A DNA stretch of 64,000 nucleotides from NCBI GenBank assembly GCA_951406725.2, contig OX597815.1:60760001-60824000 (forward strand), written 5' to 3'. Of this stretch, positions 61,790 to 64,000 are shown one piece after another. The translations under genes and the position numbers were made by a program. Position 1 is the stretch's first letter. Each line of letters begins with the position of its first letter. The DNA is from Octopus vulgaris. Lineage: Eukaryota. The notes under the pieces were generated by a model. It saw only the letters and a program-made list of their open reading frames with translations. It made no database searches and was not told the DNA's origin.

Positions 61790-62825
61790 CATACACACAC
61801 ACACACACACACACACATGCATACACCCGAAAGTGCTACTAAGAGTTTCATGCTATTGTGATACTTTATAAAATATGCCATGTATCTTAAAGCAATCTTT
61901 CAGGCTTTGCTTATGCGTTATATATATTTTAAAAACAAGGACACTGAACAGTGAGAAAATTGTCAAAGGCAAACAAAAATACGTGGAAAAAATATGAAGG
62001 TTGGTGCAAAAAAATGGAACGAGAAAAAAGAAATGAAGTCAAGAACAATGGTCTTAATCCTCGCTGACTACAGAAAGCTCATTAAATGCAACTGGTTTAG
62101 AGAAAAATAGCAGAAAATATGTCAAAGTCTACGAGACAGTAATTCAATCCGGATGGGGCGGTACCCTCCAATTCGATAAAAGGAAGCTGAATGTTGGAAT
62201 TCGATAAAAGAATTTTAGAATTGCTGAATCGAAGAAGAATATGAGATATTTCTGCTAGGCATAAATTACATTTCTTCGATCCGTTAACATATGTCTTGGA
62301 TTTCTTTACTATTCCCTACTTAGTTGTATGTGACATGGTGTTGCTCTTCAAATTCCAAAATTGGTTAGCCAACTTAGTTACGTTACTTTTAACAAGCTTT
62401 CTGTAATCAGGGATGACGGGGATCTTAGTTTTTTTTATTTCGTTTCTTTTTTCTCCTATTATTTTGCTCCAAGCGTCTTTACATCTTTTTCTTATTTTCT
62501 GACTGTCCTTGTTTTAAAAATAAATATAACGCATAAACAGAGCCTGAAAGATTGCTTTAAGATACATGACGTACTTTATAGATGTGACTGTTCAAGTACG
62601 ATAAAAGCATGAAACTATAAGTAGCTCATTCGGTTGTGCATTTAAATTGATATTTATGTCACTGGATGGAGTACTTCTTTTGCACATTCTACCTCCATTG
62701 CACCTTTAAACTGCACTGTGTATATATATGTGTATATACATACATACGTACGTACGTACATACACTCACACACATATATATATATGAAGTAAGTTAAAAA
62801 TAGCGGAGATAATCCCTTACTATTT

Positions 62826-62925
<100 letters not shown>

Positions 62926-62936
62926 TACATATATAC

Positions 62937-62994
<58 letters not shown>

Positions 62995-63049
62995 TATATA
63001 TATATTATATATATATTATATATTTTCTCTCATACCAATGAAGTCTAAT

Positions 63050-63770
63050 ATAGTTAACCCCTTGATTTCCTAAGAAAATTGAAAAAAATTTGAATTAAAT
63101 TTGTAAGGGGATATCCCTTCCCTGTTAGTACAAGAACTGCTAGTTGTCTAGAACTGCTGACATCCCTGACAGCAGCACTGTACCCTGCCATGACCATTGT
63201 GGACACCCCTCTCTCTATCAAGTGGTTACAGACGAACACACAGACACAGTCTTTTCTGTTGCTTGACCATTAATACCTGCTATATCTCTCTCTCTTGCTG
63301 CCTTCGAAACACACTGCCACACATACATAGACGCACACACACATACATGAAAGCAATTTCTCACACTCAAACACTCTAGCACTCATTCTTAAAATAATTC
63401 AAATAAACACCAGTCATACAGAATACATTCACACTTTGATTTTCCTGTACTCCCCTTCTGCTAACCGGATTTTGACCTTGAATTATCTCAACGGGCCTTC
63501 TCGTCTGCTTTCACCCAGCCTGGCGTCAACGCATATAGATAGACAGTTTGTGCCATTTATTCCATGGGCTCCTCGTGAGCGTTTGTAGAAAAGCTTGCTG
63601 TGCATTTTGTTGGAGAATTAAGTTCCTGGATTTTCCTGAAGAGAAGGCTTCAAAATGGACTCCTTATTCAATCCGAATTAGGGACTTTGCAGCCTTTGAA
63701 ACATATGTAGAAAATAATAAAAAGGAATTTTGTTAAATCTTCGTTCAGCTCCATTTCTTCCTACACTAAA
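63050..63770 (+). mobile_element. PLE pLTR remnant between (TA)n tracts
   Basis: TA-flanked, with a CA-rich internal stretch like 17630-18010, and an HHR near the 3' end. The 5' boundary is approximate. Confidence 0.6.
63630..63715 (+). ncRNA. Apparently intact type I hammerhead ribozyme with branched stem II
   Basis: attttc-CTGAAGA-gaaggct...agccttt-GAAA-catatg-TA-gaaaat. 6-bp stem I, 7-bp stem II with one GU pair, palindromic stem III ACATATGT, GUA triplet. Confidence 0.85.
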
Positions 63771-63921
<151 letters not shown>

Positions 63922-63930
63922 TATATATAT

Positions 63931-64000
63931 ACAATTCATAAATAAGGGCAAACGAAAAAAATTCTAATGCCAAATATGACGAAAAATTGGACATATTGTC
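63931..64000 (-). mobile_element. 3' end of a PLE pLTR of the same family as 81-435, running off the window
   Basis: Reverse complement gacaatatgtccaatttttcgtcatatttggcattagaattttttcgtttgcccttattt closely matches 367-435. Confidence 0.7.

Overview
AT-rich, microsatellite-saturated eukaryotic DNA, intergenic or intronic. The SINE and LINE repertoire resembles what I recall from cephalopod (Octopus-like) genomes; that assignment is inference. I found no host protein-coding gene that I can support, and almost all ORF-track entries are microsatellite artefacts. The window is a transposon graveyard. It holds a full-length inactivated mariner (7271-8521), a probable solo LTR (10748-11901), a CR1/L2-group LINE 3' end, two RTE remnants, and a near-full-length R4/Dong RLE retrotransposon plus a second Dong 3' fragment, both sitting in (AAT)n. 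It also holds a non-autonomous Helitron, a decayed Tc1/maT element, two tRNA-SINE families, a 5.4-kb zoned AAT satellite and many Penelope-like (PLE) remnants. The most notable hidden signal is a dispersed set of seven loci carrying hammerhead-ribozyme folds (CUGANGA...GAAA-palindrome-UH) in short modules inserted into (TA)n. Several sit inside fold-back inverted repeats, two have unusually long stem II insertions, and one (63630-63715) looks fully intact. Also notable are locally templated copies at retroelement 5' junctions and a pseudoknot-capable motif at the 5' end of the Dong element.
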